Shown here piece by piece: positions 13,310 through 24,993 of a DNA stretch of 64,000 nucleotides. The translations under genes were made by a program, and so were the position numbers. Below the pieces are notes generated by a model. The model had not been told where the DNA came from and ran no database searches. It saw only the letters and a list, made by a program, of their open reading frames with translations. Numbering within the stretch: position 1 is the first letter of the stretch; every line of letters starts with the position of its first letter. The stretch comes from the human T2T-CHM13v2.0 reference genome, Homo sapiens. Location: the NCBI RefSeq assembly GCF_009914755.1, contig NC_060932.1, one strand, 5' to 3'.

Positions 13310-14420
13310 ATTGAATTCTCATCTCAGTACTGAAAAGAATGATGATGGCAATGGGCTGAAACACATCATATATATAAAATATATAACTAGATTATAATAA
13401 TAAAAGCAGCAACAGCAATAACAATGGCAAATCTTCATTGGCCACCATTAGAGAGTGCTAATTCATTAATCTGAAATTTAAGAAAGGGAAAGACTCAAGT
13501 ATTTATCCTTCCTCTCCTGTATAAGCTGTATTTTCAGATGATCAAATAGTTGATAAAGAAGATTATTTTTAAACATAATAATTCCACTTAATATATGCTG
13601 AAGGAATGAAAGAAAATCACCATTTTGCAATGCCTGATGAGATAATGCATCCAGGAAAGGTGATGTTGATGAAAAAACCTTATTTTGCAGGAAATCACAT
13701 TACTAGCACATCAATTCACTGATAAGTCTAACATCACAAATGAGACCACCAAGTATTATGTAACTCATTAAGTACTACGAAATACTCTCAGCTTAAGAAC
13801 TAACAAACCACAGTCATAAAAAACTGGACCTAATCTAGCTTAATATCTCATTATCGGGTTATAGAAAATAAGAAAAATATAGGAATAAAATGACTAACAC
13901 AATGAAAAGTACTAAATCTAGATTACTTGACATTCGAAAGGACAAATAAACAGCAAACAAAATTGCTGTTTTCTTCAGCAATTCAATGGCCTGGATTATT
14001 TTTTTACAGAATAAAAGAAATTTAAGAGACACGCAACCAAATTCAGCATGGACTTAATTTTAAAATCTCTTGTAAATAGCCATCTTGGAAACAATTAGGG
14101 ACATCTGAATATTGACAGTATTAGATTATATTAGGAAATATATATATATTCTACCAATAGCTTTCTGGTAATATAAAAACAAAACAAAACAAAAAACCAA
14201 CCAACAAAAATCCCAACATTCTTGTCAGTTAGAGATGCATACTGAAATATTTACAGTAAAATGACATCATATCTGAAGTCTGCTTTAAAATACCTCAGTA
14301 TAAAAAAATGGTGAAAATATGCAAAAGAGTGGGGATACATTAATAATTATTGAAACTAGGTAATGGGTAGATTGAGATTATTACATTATTCTCTCTACTT
14401 TTGTGTAATACATGTGGTTA
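13310..14420 (+). mobile_element. L1MC4/L1MC5-like 3' UTR
   Basis: 'ctcaagtatttatccttcctctcctgtataagctgtattttcagatgatcaaatagttgat', 'gttagagatgcatactgaaatatttacag', 'ttattctctctacttttgtgta'. Confidence 0.75.
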
Positions 14421-16454
14421 GTGATAAAAAAAGCAAGCAAGAAGTAAGAGAGAGGGGAAAAGCAGGTGAGGATCAATGACGAGTCTAAATAAAAGGGTAG
14501 AGGTAGTTAACACAGTAAGTACATAGTTAAGTACGTGAGAGTGCTAACCTATTAAAGTAGAAGTGAGGTTCAAAAAAAAAAAAAACTGAAAGAAGAGAGA
14601 CTGCCTGGAACTTAGAATTAAGGCAAATAGGGTAGAAGTTGAAGAGCTGGAGAAGGGAGCAAAAGCACTCTTAAGCTACCTAGAAGGGCACTCCCTATCT
14701 GGATCACAAATGTTTGGGAGGTAGCATCATAAAAGATTTTCATGTATGGGGTATTTCTCTTTAGTTTACCAACTTCCACACTGTTGTTTAGTGTAAAGCA
14801 TCCTAATAGGCGCTAAGATTATAAACTCCACCTCATGGCCACTACAGCAAGAATTATATCCAACATTGTTTATAAAATCTTATTTTAGAAATTGCTGCAA
14901 TTTAAGAGACTTTAAAGATATCTTCAATCTCACTATATCAACATGAAAAGAAAATCCCTCTGAATTTTGTGTTATCCTAGGACATACCTAGAAGGCAATC
15001 CAGTGAAGACCTGCCTTGTCACATTCAACAGAGTAATTGCAGAAGCAATTTGTTACAAGCAGATGGATAGTTGAACACTAAAAAGGATGATAAGCTAGAA
15101 AGAAATTAGATATTGAAATCAATTTCTTTTAGGCTTACCATGATACTTCAGTTTCACACAAACAATTGTATTTGAAGAAGTCAGGGAAAAAAATGCCATA
15201 CTAAGATGGGTGCCCATGAAAACAGAACTTTACACATGCTATAGCCTTCATAGTCACCATTTACTTGATTGGTCCAAATATTTATAGTTCATTGTTATGA
15301 CTGCCAAAACTGGCAACCACAAGGATTGTTGTCTCAATTAGGACAGTAAACAGATTGTCTCTTTTTTTAATGAAAAAATCTAAAATGTAATACTTCACAG
15401 TTTAACATGTTTATTCATCTAAACGAGCTAAAAAATAATGGTGCGACATCTGTTCGAGAGGCATTGGTACCTCAAATTTTGGCTGCCTCCCCACCAATTT
15501 GGTTGTTGTTTTAAAAAATGAAGAATAGGAGGGAGTACTGTCATCAAAAAATCTTCTGGCATGTAACGTATCTTATTTTTCTTGAAATAAGAATCACATA
15601 TCTGTTGCTAGGGATAGAAAAACTGTATAACAAGGAGGCACTATGCTGAATGTGGCTACAGTTCAATTGTTTAACTCAATTACTGACCCACTATGGATAT
15701 TTCCATACTGATATAGTTCTTTACATGACTCTCCCAGTTCCCTCTCTACTTACCTTTATAGCTAAAATATCAACAAAATGGTAAGAATGTTCCTGTAGGT
15801 TGAATTCATCTGCTACATTTTTTTTTTAACCGTGGGTTGCACTGATTCTAAATATGGTTTAAGTGGAACAAAATCTAGCAAACAGCATTCTATCCAGGCT
15901 GCATTGGAGCAATTCTAATAAAAGAAGGCAGTGCTGCTAAGGGAGAAGTGGTAGGAATCTCCCAGAGAAGCCCCAGGTAAGTGTAAAGAAGTCTAATTGT
16001 TGGTGAGGAGAGAATACAAAATTATCTTAGGTAGTCTCTGGCTCAACAACTTTATGTTATGGATGAAATACATTAAAATAGGCTGGGTTTAATTTCTAGA
16101 AGTATATTTCTGACGCTGATGTATAGCACAATTTGCTCTACTGAATTATCATTGAGTATATAATTTTAGAACCTGGAAAATACAGTGTTTTAGTAGTCAC
16201 ATAAACATTATAATGAAAATTGAGTTCTATTTTCATTTGGAGTGAAAATGCATGCTAAGTTGAATTCAAACATTGAGTATAGTTTTTAATAAATTCTAAG
16301 ATAAAAATAGCATATTTGATTCCCTAGAAAAGAGCAATGTTTCTATTTTATAGCGACCTTAATGCTAGTTGTCTTGATTTAAAGAGAATCAGGATGAAAC
16401 ACGTATATATCTCAGTACAACCAAGGACCATAAATGGTAAATGCCGAGTTGATT

Positions 16455-19400
16455 GATATTGTGATTTTTAAGTTTTATTGATTAAATTCAAACTTTTTTA
16501 TCATTTACACAAAGAAACTGTGACAGACTCTGAGAGGACTAAAAGGCATCAACTTAAATTTTAACATGCATTTATTAAATTTATATGCAGATGACTACAC
16601 TACTGCAATTACAGAAATGAGTAAGAACATACTCTCAAGATCTTACAGTCATTGGTTGGGGTGAAAGTATTTCTTCTGTCTTCATGAAAAATTAAAAAGA
16701 TAGAAAATCTTGAAGTATTTTGCTACCTTAAAACAACTACCCACCCTACATTTGTACTAAAATAGGCTTTTGCTTGTTTTAAAAGCAATTCTAGATGAGG
16801 TTATATTTTTACAATACTGTATCTCATCTCAAATAAATTTATACATTCTTTACCCTGTCTAAACTTGCATGCAAAATAAGAACCAGCAAGCCTTCAAACT
16901 TCAATCACAGTATTCCATAGGCTATATTTTAAGTCTATTGCATTAGTTGAAATTTATTTTGCAGAGTATGTTAACAAACATATTCTAACACTTAAAAAAT
17001 CATTACAATTTTTTCTGTTTTTGTCTTCTAAATTACTCTGAGCAGTGAATTACTGGAGGGAAGATACCCATGTCTAAAATTTGTGTCTGGTGCCAGTCTC
17101 AGATTTCTGCCAAACACCAGTAGGTATTCAAAAGTGTGGTCCCTTTAAAACAGCAGGCCGGATATCACCTTTCTGTCTTCAAAGATTCAAACCAGACTCC
17201 CAATCTGGGATTTCTCTACAGAGGGTTGGCTGCTTCCCAGTTAATGTGAGTTTTGCAAAGTTTGCATTTCATGAAAACAGTGTTGTGTAAACATATATTG
17301 TGTCACTTTACCTACTATTTACTAAAATCAGAGAGTTTAGCCTTTGAAATTTATGGTTCTCTGGAGCTATCATAAATCAATCAGTCATACGAATGGACTA
17401 GCTGTAGACTCAGGATATCAATAAAACTAGGCAGTGAAATTTGCCTATAATTATACTATATTTAGATTAATAGTTATCAAAAACATTTTTCCCCAAAAAA
17501 TACCTCAAGGGTAAAACAGAATGGTAAAGTTTTTTTCAGGATAATGAATTTTCAAACATTTCCAAGACCATAACCAGCCATTTTAAGTACTGTAAACTCT
17601 GTTATATTTCATTTGGATAAGTATCTAATAAGCAATTATTACATATCCTCTCATTTAAATTACCACTGAAAACTAGAAATAATCTTTATTTAATACGACT
17701 GTTTTAACACCATATGGAACGGGAAATAACTAAATGAAAATTGTTCACGTAAATGTGATGGGAGTGGGGGGGTGGGGAGCAGTATTTCTTGACATGTGGC
17801 ATGTCACTCAGGAAAGTAAAAGGCCCATCATATCCAAAATGCCAGCTTGGATATTCCCTTGCCACCCACTTGACGAACAGACATACCACATGGCATTAAA
17901 TGCTGCAACCTTTCCTAAAAATGCCACTTGGATTGGTCCGCTGTGGTGAGTATATAAGAACTCTTGGTCTGTCTCTTGAGTCTGTGAGTTCAAAGGGAAG
18001 AATCTAGTAAATAACACCGGCTAAATTTTGCCCTCAGATGTTTGGCATAAATGATTTGTGAGGATATTGGAACCTTTGGCTGTTTTCACACCAATGAAAT
18101 AAATTATGCTACTTGAAAAAAATTCTACAGAACATAATGCTACACAGTCACAGTCGACTTTTTGCAAAAGTACCAGAGAATATCTTTTAGAAACAGTGCT
18201 TATAAAGCCCCATATACTCCTTAGATATTTCCCAAGGATTTCTTCTCTTGGCTAGCAGGAAAACAATCTTAATATTTTATTTATTCTTCATAAATACAAT
18301 GTATATAATATAAAACACTTTGTGCACATGTTTCCAACAATTTCATTTTCTATGCATCTTTACATAAGGTAGTAGCTAATAACTCTTTCTGTGGACACGT
18401 ATTTTCCAGTTTTCTAAGGTTTATGTGTTCAAGCATTGTAAAAACATATTTAAAAATTGAATTACCAGTAAAAATATTGAATGTACAGGTCATTATGCTC
18501 CCACAAATACAAAATACATTGAAAAATTATATCAACAGATAATTACATATGAAATATGAGGCATATATTTTCTTCTATTATTTATTTTCTCCCTAAAGAG
18601 TTCTAATTGATTAAATCTCAAGAGACAAAATGTAATTTTATAAAACAACTGTATTGTTCAGATTTAGGAGACAACCTAAGAAGATGATTCTGAGTAGGTA
18701 GGATTTTTGCTATTACTGTTATGTGAAAAAGACTGCTCAATTAAATGACAGATTGTTACATATCTCCCTAACAAGAGGGGCGAACTGATACTACAAGCAG
18801 CCAGAACAACATAATTAGAATAGAATTCCAAGGTTATATTAATAGAGTAATAAGTTAATTAAAACCAAGATCAACTGAGCTTCTATTTACACCAGTTCAG
18901 ACAGCCCAAGAGGAAAAGAACTCTATTTTAGAGACATATGTGACTCTTTGAGCTTCTGTCATCCAGGTGCCATTTCTGATGCAGCACATGTGCACTGAAC
19001 AGTTGGCAAAGAAGGAAAAAGATTATGGTAGATGTATGTGCAGATAGTCTCTCTAATGATGTAAAATACGTCCAGAAAGAAAGCAGGGCTTTGTTGTAAA
19101 ATAAAAAATTTCCCATGACTTTTTGTTCTTTCTGAATGTGATTTGAGCATGTTTCTGTAAATAAGAATATATACTAACTTATGATGTATATAGAACAAAA
19201 ATAGACTTACTCATCAGGAAGTGATGGAATTATACACATAAATTGGCAATGACATTTGAAAAATTTAGGATCTGGTTCCCATTTCATCTAAATGTACCAT
19301 GTATAGGGTGGCTGTCAAAGCAGAAAGATATATAAAAGTATCCAGTAGCACATACTATACTGCATTGCTAGGTAAGGTTCTTTTCCTGACATCCTATGCA

Positions 19401-19540
19401 ACTATCAAAAATCATATGTCTGCAAACTGAAAATATTAGCAGAAAGAATTAAAGATGTTACAGTTTCAGTATTGAAAGTTTTGGTCCCAAAAGGTGCTTT
19501 CGTAAAGTTATTTCTCTTTCATGCATTGATTGTTGCTTAG
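16455..19540 (-). other. TRIQK: TRIQK 3' UTR (~3 kb; distal end approximate)
   Basis: Repeat-free AT-rich stretch after the stop codon, with minus-strand AATAAA at 18581-86, 18276-85, 17685-90, 16571-76 and 16474-79. The end is inferred from the distal pair. Confidence 0.65.
16474..16576 (-). terminator. TRIQK: Candidate distal polyadenylation signals of TRIQK (AATAAA at 16571-16576 and 16474-16479)
   Basis: tttatt on the plus strand at both positions, at the end of the repeat-free block. Usage cannot be shown from sequence. Confidence 0.55.
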
Positions 19541-19654
19541 CTAATCTTCATCTTGGTCCAGATCAGGGTCAACATCCGTGGTGAGTCTGAGATAAAAGAA
19601 AGCATAGAAAGCCAGTAGTAGTGCCAATATAGCTGCAAGTACAAGGCCAACTTC
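19541..19654 (-). CDS. TRIQK: TRIQK last coding exon: EVGLVLAAILALLLAFYAFFYLRLTTDVDPDLDQDED* (single transmembrane helix + acidic tail)
   Basis: ttttttcttcccag|GAAGTTGGC... to TAG at 19543-19541. It is the C-terminal part of ORF 19541..19798. 61+86+114 = 261 nt = 86 aa + stop. Confidence 0.96.
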   Translation of the reverse strand, partial: EVGLVLAAILALLLAFYAFFYLRLTTDVDPDLDQDED

Positions 19655-22639
19655 CTGGGAAGAAAAAAAAAGTAGACTTGAAATTGATGAAAAAAGATTG
19701 GTTAACATTATTAGTTTCACCAGATAAAATAACCATATTGTTCCACAGTCTAGAATGAATAATTTGAACCTAATAATCATATCCTTTTTGTTTACCATTT
19801 TTTGCCGTTAAGAAACTGTTTTGTACTGGCAAGTCCCAATGAAATGGCAAATACACCAGTGGGTGAGTCATTAGTATTATTATTTCTAGCTAATTTGTTT
19901 TTTCCTTATAGTAATATTAAAAATGTATCATTTTAATATATTTTTATAGTTTGGATATCAGGATGTTCGATACAAGCAATGCAGTTTGTATCTACACAGT
20001 TGATCTGTTTTCTATTTGAGTGTGTTTAACTTTATTTGTGGCTTCAATACATTCAGTATTAATGATAGCATTTGGGCACAGTTTTTTTTTTAATTATCAT
20101 TCCTTTTCATTGTAAAGAAACAGTTGTAACTGGTCTCTAGATTATATATAGATGTATACATACTCATTAAATGTGACTTTGTTGAAACTCTAATTTTTAA
20201 ATCCTAAAGTCTATAGTTTACACTGCAGAGGAACAAAACAAAGTACTCTTCACTCATGAAGCATAATACAATACATTTATCACAGTTTTGAAGGATGGGC
20301 CCAGATTTTTCATTTGTGATGTGATGTGGATTAAATTAATCAACTATATTGTAATAATGATAAAAAATTTACTCATATATTATGATAAAAATCATATTAT
20401 CTCTCAAAAAGTATGTATATGTATATATCTCTGTGTGTATACCTTCCAGAACTTTCTTAACATTAACATATCATTTGACTAAATCAAAAAAGAAAAAAAA
20501 AGCAAATAGAATGCCAGTTCAGTATCCTAAAGGGCTTACATACTATATTCTAATTTCTACTGTATATTATGCCCTTTACCTAGCACTGCTTTACAGAGAA
20601 GCAATGCATTAGCATTTACATGAATATAGTTTACATTTCACAAGAAGGTAAGTCAGTAATAATAAACTTTAAAAACATTAAAATGAATTTGGCTTATAAT
20701 CAACATGGAATTTTTACATGAATGTTGAATTTATAAATAGATCTTTTATACAGATTTTTAGCTTCATAATTACATTTATTTAGATGTCCAAACTATGAAA
20801 ATAAATATTAATAAAAACCAAGAGGTTGAAAAACTCAAGTGTCAAAGATCTTTGTAAGGTTTCATTTTTTAAATCTAATATACCAATATAATGTCAAAGG
20901 AAAGTGAATTTTTTCTTTGTTGCAGTAGAAACACTTTGGCATCTCAAAAGGGCATGGCAGCATCAGACAGGTTTCATTTATTTTCTTATATCCACAGCTG
21001 TGTTCCCAGACCCATCTGGTTACACAGCTACTAATTTTAAGAGGATGTAATAAACAAGTGACACACAACTGCAAACTCCATCTGTTCTGTATAGTGGACA
21101 ACAAAACTGTTCAACAGCAGTCCCCATTCGCCCAAGCTTAATGCAAGAATTAAGTTTGTACTCTTGATTGGAGGCCATGATTCATATCTTATTGATAATC
21201 AGTTCTAATTGCTGCTTTTCAACTCCTTGTCCTTAAAACAACTCTGTATCATTTCACTATATATTTTCAGAACATCCAGAGGCATGAAAAGGCATTTAAG
21301 GGATAGGAAGCAGAGAATATTCATAGAACATAACTTCAGAAGACCCATTAATTCATTACATCTGTTCAATGTACAGTGTGGGTGTGGCTTAAAGGTACTA
21401 GGTGGAAAGGTATAGCAAATAATTTTCTCCAAAAATTATCTCTTCATTGAGGAGAAAAGCATTGTAGAGGCTGAATGTCGGGAGAGTTGAAACAATGGTA
21501 AAATTTGAAAATAATGCTTGCAGGATGCTGGTGAAACTAACCATAACTTAGAGACCTATAGGCATTTATGACTCCCTTGCCCCCTTTGGCTATTTTTAGC
21601 TTTAAATCAAAAAGAACAAAAAAGAACAAACATAACATTTCAAGCTGGCTCATCCCAAGGGGTTGTGGGCAGGATCTGGTTGGCACTTGAATATTTTATT
21701 TAGGTAACAAAACTAAACTTGTGATCCTTATTCTTTCACTATAATTATGCTTTTCATATAAACCTTTTAAATAAAAAAGCAACTCATTAACAAATGTAAA
21801 TCTTTTCCTTCTAAATGCTAGAAAACCGGTATTTGCATTCTGAAAAAAAAGTTGGTGATGCTGTAATTCTTGAAAAAATAATCTTTTAATTGAGCAGCAA
21901 CTAAATAGCAAACTTAGTTGTGCAAACATTTTTTAGGCGGCACTCATTGCATTACTGGGCCATAAATTATGGCATTTTCTTTGTATTTCTAAAACACAAA
22001 AAATAAAAAGTACCTCCTCAGTAGAAATCAAGTCTAGGTTTCAGAACAATGTATTAATATCTTATATGGAAATTGCTAACTGTTCCCTTAAAACGCTATT
22101 ACTAAACATACATTTACAAAAAGCACTAGAAGCCTCTGAGGGTTAAGCCCCTATTGTATAATTCTGCATATCTCTAGCCCATGATTTCTCAATCAGTACT
22201 GTTGATTTGATATGGTAATTAAATCTATAAGTGATTTCTTGTATAAGCTCTTCCAAGATGATCATGTCTTATTCATCTTTCTTTTCACAGGTGCTATACT
22301 ATTATAATATTTATGGTAATTTATAAATAATGAAAGATTGAGTAAAATTTATATAATCGTTATACAGGGATATCAAAATTAGTAATGTTTTTAAAACTTT
22401 ATAACACTAATATCCATAATACTACCTCCAAAGCCAATCTAAGAACATTTTGTAATATATAATATGGCAACACGATGCACACTTTAGGAGGGTATCTTAA
22501 GGCCGATGACAAACACTGAAGGAGAGACTTACTTACACAAACTGGGAATGGCTAATTCAAACAAATGTTTTCTCAATCAGCTAATAATTCATAAGTGACT
22601 TCTACACATTCAATTCAATGTTCAATGTTTCTAGTGTAT

Positions 22640-22795
22640 TATTGAACTCTCCTGACAACATTATGAGGTAAATGGCAAAATTTCCATTTTATAAATGTGC
22701 CAGCTTAGACTTAGATGGATCATGGCAAAAGGAAGAGGCAAAGGGGATAGGATTCTAGGCCTCCTTATCCTGAGCTCAGTGCTATTCTCATTGCT
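22640..22795 (-). mobile_element. MIR fragment
   Basis: 'ctcctgacaacattatgaggtaaatgg...ccattttataaatg...ggattctaggcctccttatcctgagctcagtgctattc'. Confidence 0.6.
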
Positions 22796-24907
22796 GTTAT
22801 TTTTCTATCCATGCATCTGTTCATATTTTCTATAGATATGAATTAAATGAAGAGTATATCTATGATTCATTCAAAAGACTATGTAGTAAAGTGATAAGAT
22901 ATCACAATATTATGGTCATTCTATATCAACTAGGTAAGAGTACAATATGCTTGTTGTTCATTAGTCCTTAGTTGCTTCTCTGACATTATCAATATGGATA
23001 AAATCACTCACTGGGGAAATTAAAAAGCATTAAATGGCAATTGCTGAAAGAAACTTTGTTATTTAAAATCCTATGCCAAAATGACAAGGCAATCAAAGTT
23101 TGACAGGGCAAATTAATTAGTATGCCAGATTTGAAATGTAAAACACCTTCAAGGTTCTGATTCTAAAAAGTTTCATATCATCTTAATAGGCTCTCCACAT
23201 AAATTGTCAAGCAAAGTAAGTAATATTTAAGGTTAAAGTTTTTGTTTTCCACAGGTTTACAAATCAAAATGATGTGCTAGCTTATTAAAAAGGAGCTATG
23301 TTCTGCTGTCAGTTTGAAAGTTTTCTGTTGATACTTTAAATATTAAATAAAATCTAAGAAAAATGTTTTCTCATAGAAAGATTAGCAAATTCTACAGTGT
23401 TTTTAAAAAGACACTAGATAACTGCACTATAAGGTAGACCTTATCTCATACTAGGAACATTATTATTTCTTCAAATTTAAAGACTAACAACAATTATAAG
23501 AGCAAATGTATAAAAAAGATGTGTGTGTATAAAACTGGTATATAAATAAATAAATAGCTGCACTATTTCTCAAATCCTGATATTTAACTTCTCATCATAT
23601 TGTGCCACAAGAGGATTTTGTTACCCCATATTTTTCTAAGAAACAAACAAACTAATTAAAACAACAAAAATCCCACTGTATTGTGAAAGATAAAAGTAAA
23701 TGACATATTGCCTTTGAGGGCAATGACAGACAATGTTCTCGCTTTAAGAAATGATCACCAAGTAGCCAAATGTAAAATTTAAAAAAATCTCAACACTGCT
23801 TTTTAAAAAGTCACGTCATAAAGAATTTTTTTAATGAATGAGATTTCACATGAAATTAGAAAAATACTTCAAAAGATGAATCTTCTCTCTTTTAAACAAA
23901 AAGGCAATTTACTTTTTTTTCAATAAAAACTGACACACAGCATGGAAGAGATGGTGTTGTGCAAACATACTGCATCACACGGCAATGCTTGATCAAAATC
24001 AGCAATCAGGAGCGAAAAGAAGGCAGTGTTTCGTGATCATAATAGCAAATTCTGGAAGACAACCAAATATATCATCTGGCAGTTCAACAGCTGTTACAGC
24101 TTGGTAGTAATACCTTGGCATTTGCTGTAAGCTATAACTTAGAAAAATTGATTTTTCATCTGCCAGATAAAACCCAAAATCTCCTTTTAACATGTTAATA
24201 TTTAAATAAAATATATGTACTGGTCATTTTTATTTTACACCTTTGATAGTAGAGTTGCCAAATTAATTCTTCTATTAATAGTTTAATTCAACTCTAAATA
24301 CCTGGCAAAAGATTGACATGGGCAATAATGTAAATGCAATTTGTTGAGCTTCATTGTGTTAGCACATTAAATTAATATCTGCTAACATCATTCTCAGTTG
24401 CATTTATCCCTCTTAAGCAGATAAAACACTGGTATTCTGAAAGAACAAGTTTAGGAATGTCATTATAATTTCATCAGAGAGTACTGACAACAATAAGATA
24501 AGCAGAGTAAAATTACATAATTAATGATCTCAGTATATATAATTACAACTACAATTTAAACAACTATAAAATGAGATTTATTGAAAAACGAAAGAAATTT
24601 CTGACGAAGGCCACATATATCACTGAAATGTCTGAATAATACACATAGTAGCTAGAGAGAAAATAAATTGCACCTTTAAGTATAACTGATTCTCTTAAGT
24701 GACACTGTTTTAAGACCCTTCAAAATCTCAGAATAGGAAGGATGTTTTCCATTAAGTAAATTCTTTACAAAAACCTTCAAGTCTGGCATTCTATTTAGAT
24801 TGTGAAATGTCATAAAACATTTAGAATTCAACATTTATGCAATCCAGTTTTAGAAAATGAAATGGCATGCACATATCAAATTTTAAAGTTATCAAATAGA
24901 GGTTTAC

Positions 24908-24993
24908 CTTTATGCCTATTGCTGTTTTCTTTGCTTCTGCTTTTAATTTGGTTGCTCGTAAAATAGGTTTAGTTTTTTTATAATCCTGTTTAC
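24908..24993 (-). CDS. TRIQK: TRIQK second coding exon (86 nt): (G)KQDYKKTKPILRATKLKAEAKKTAIGIK
   Basis: tttctttctag|GTAAACAGGATTAT...GGCATAAAG|gtaaac. Open frame, phase 1 to phase 0. Completes the three QxxK motifs QYRK-QIGK-QDYK. Confidence 0.96.

Noticed and set aside
19655-19798. N-terminal 48 aa of ORF 19541..19798
   Set aside because: Intronic read-through upstream of the clear acceptor at 19655. Only 19541-19654 is coding.
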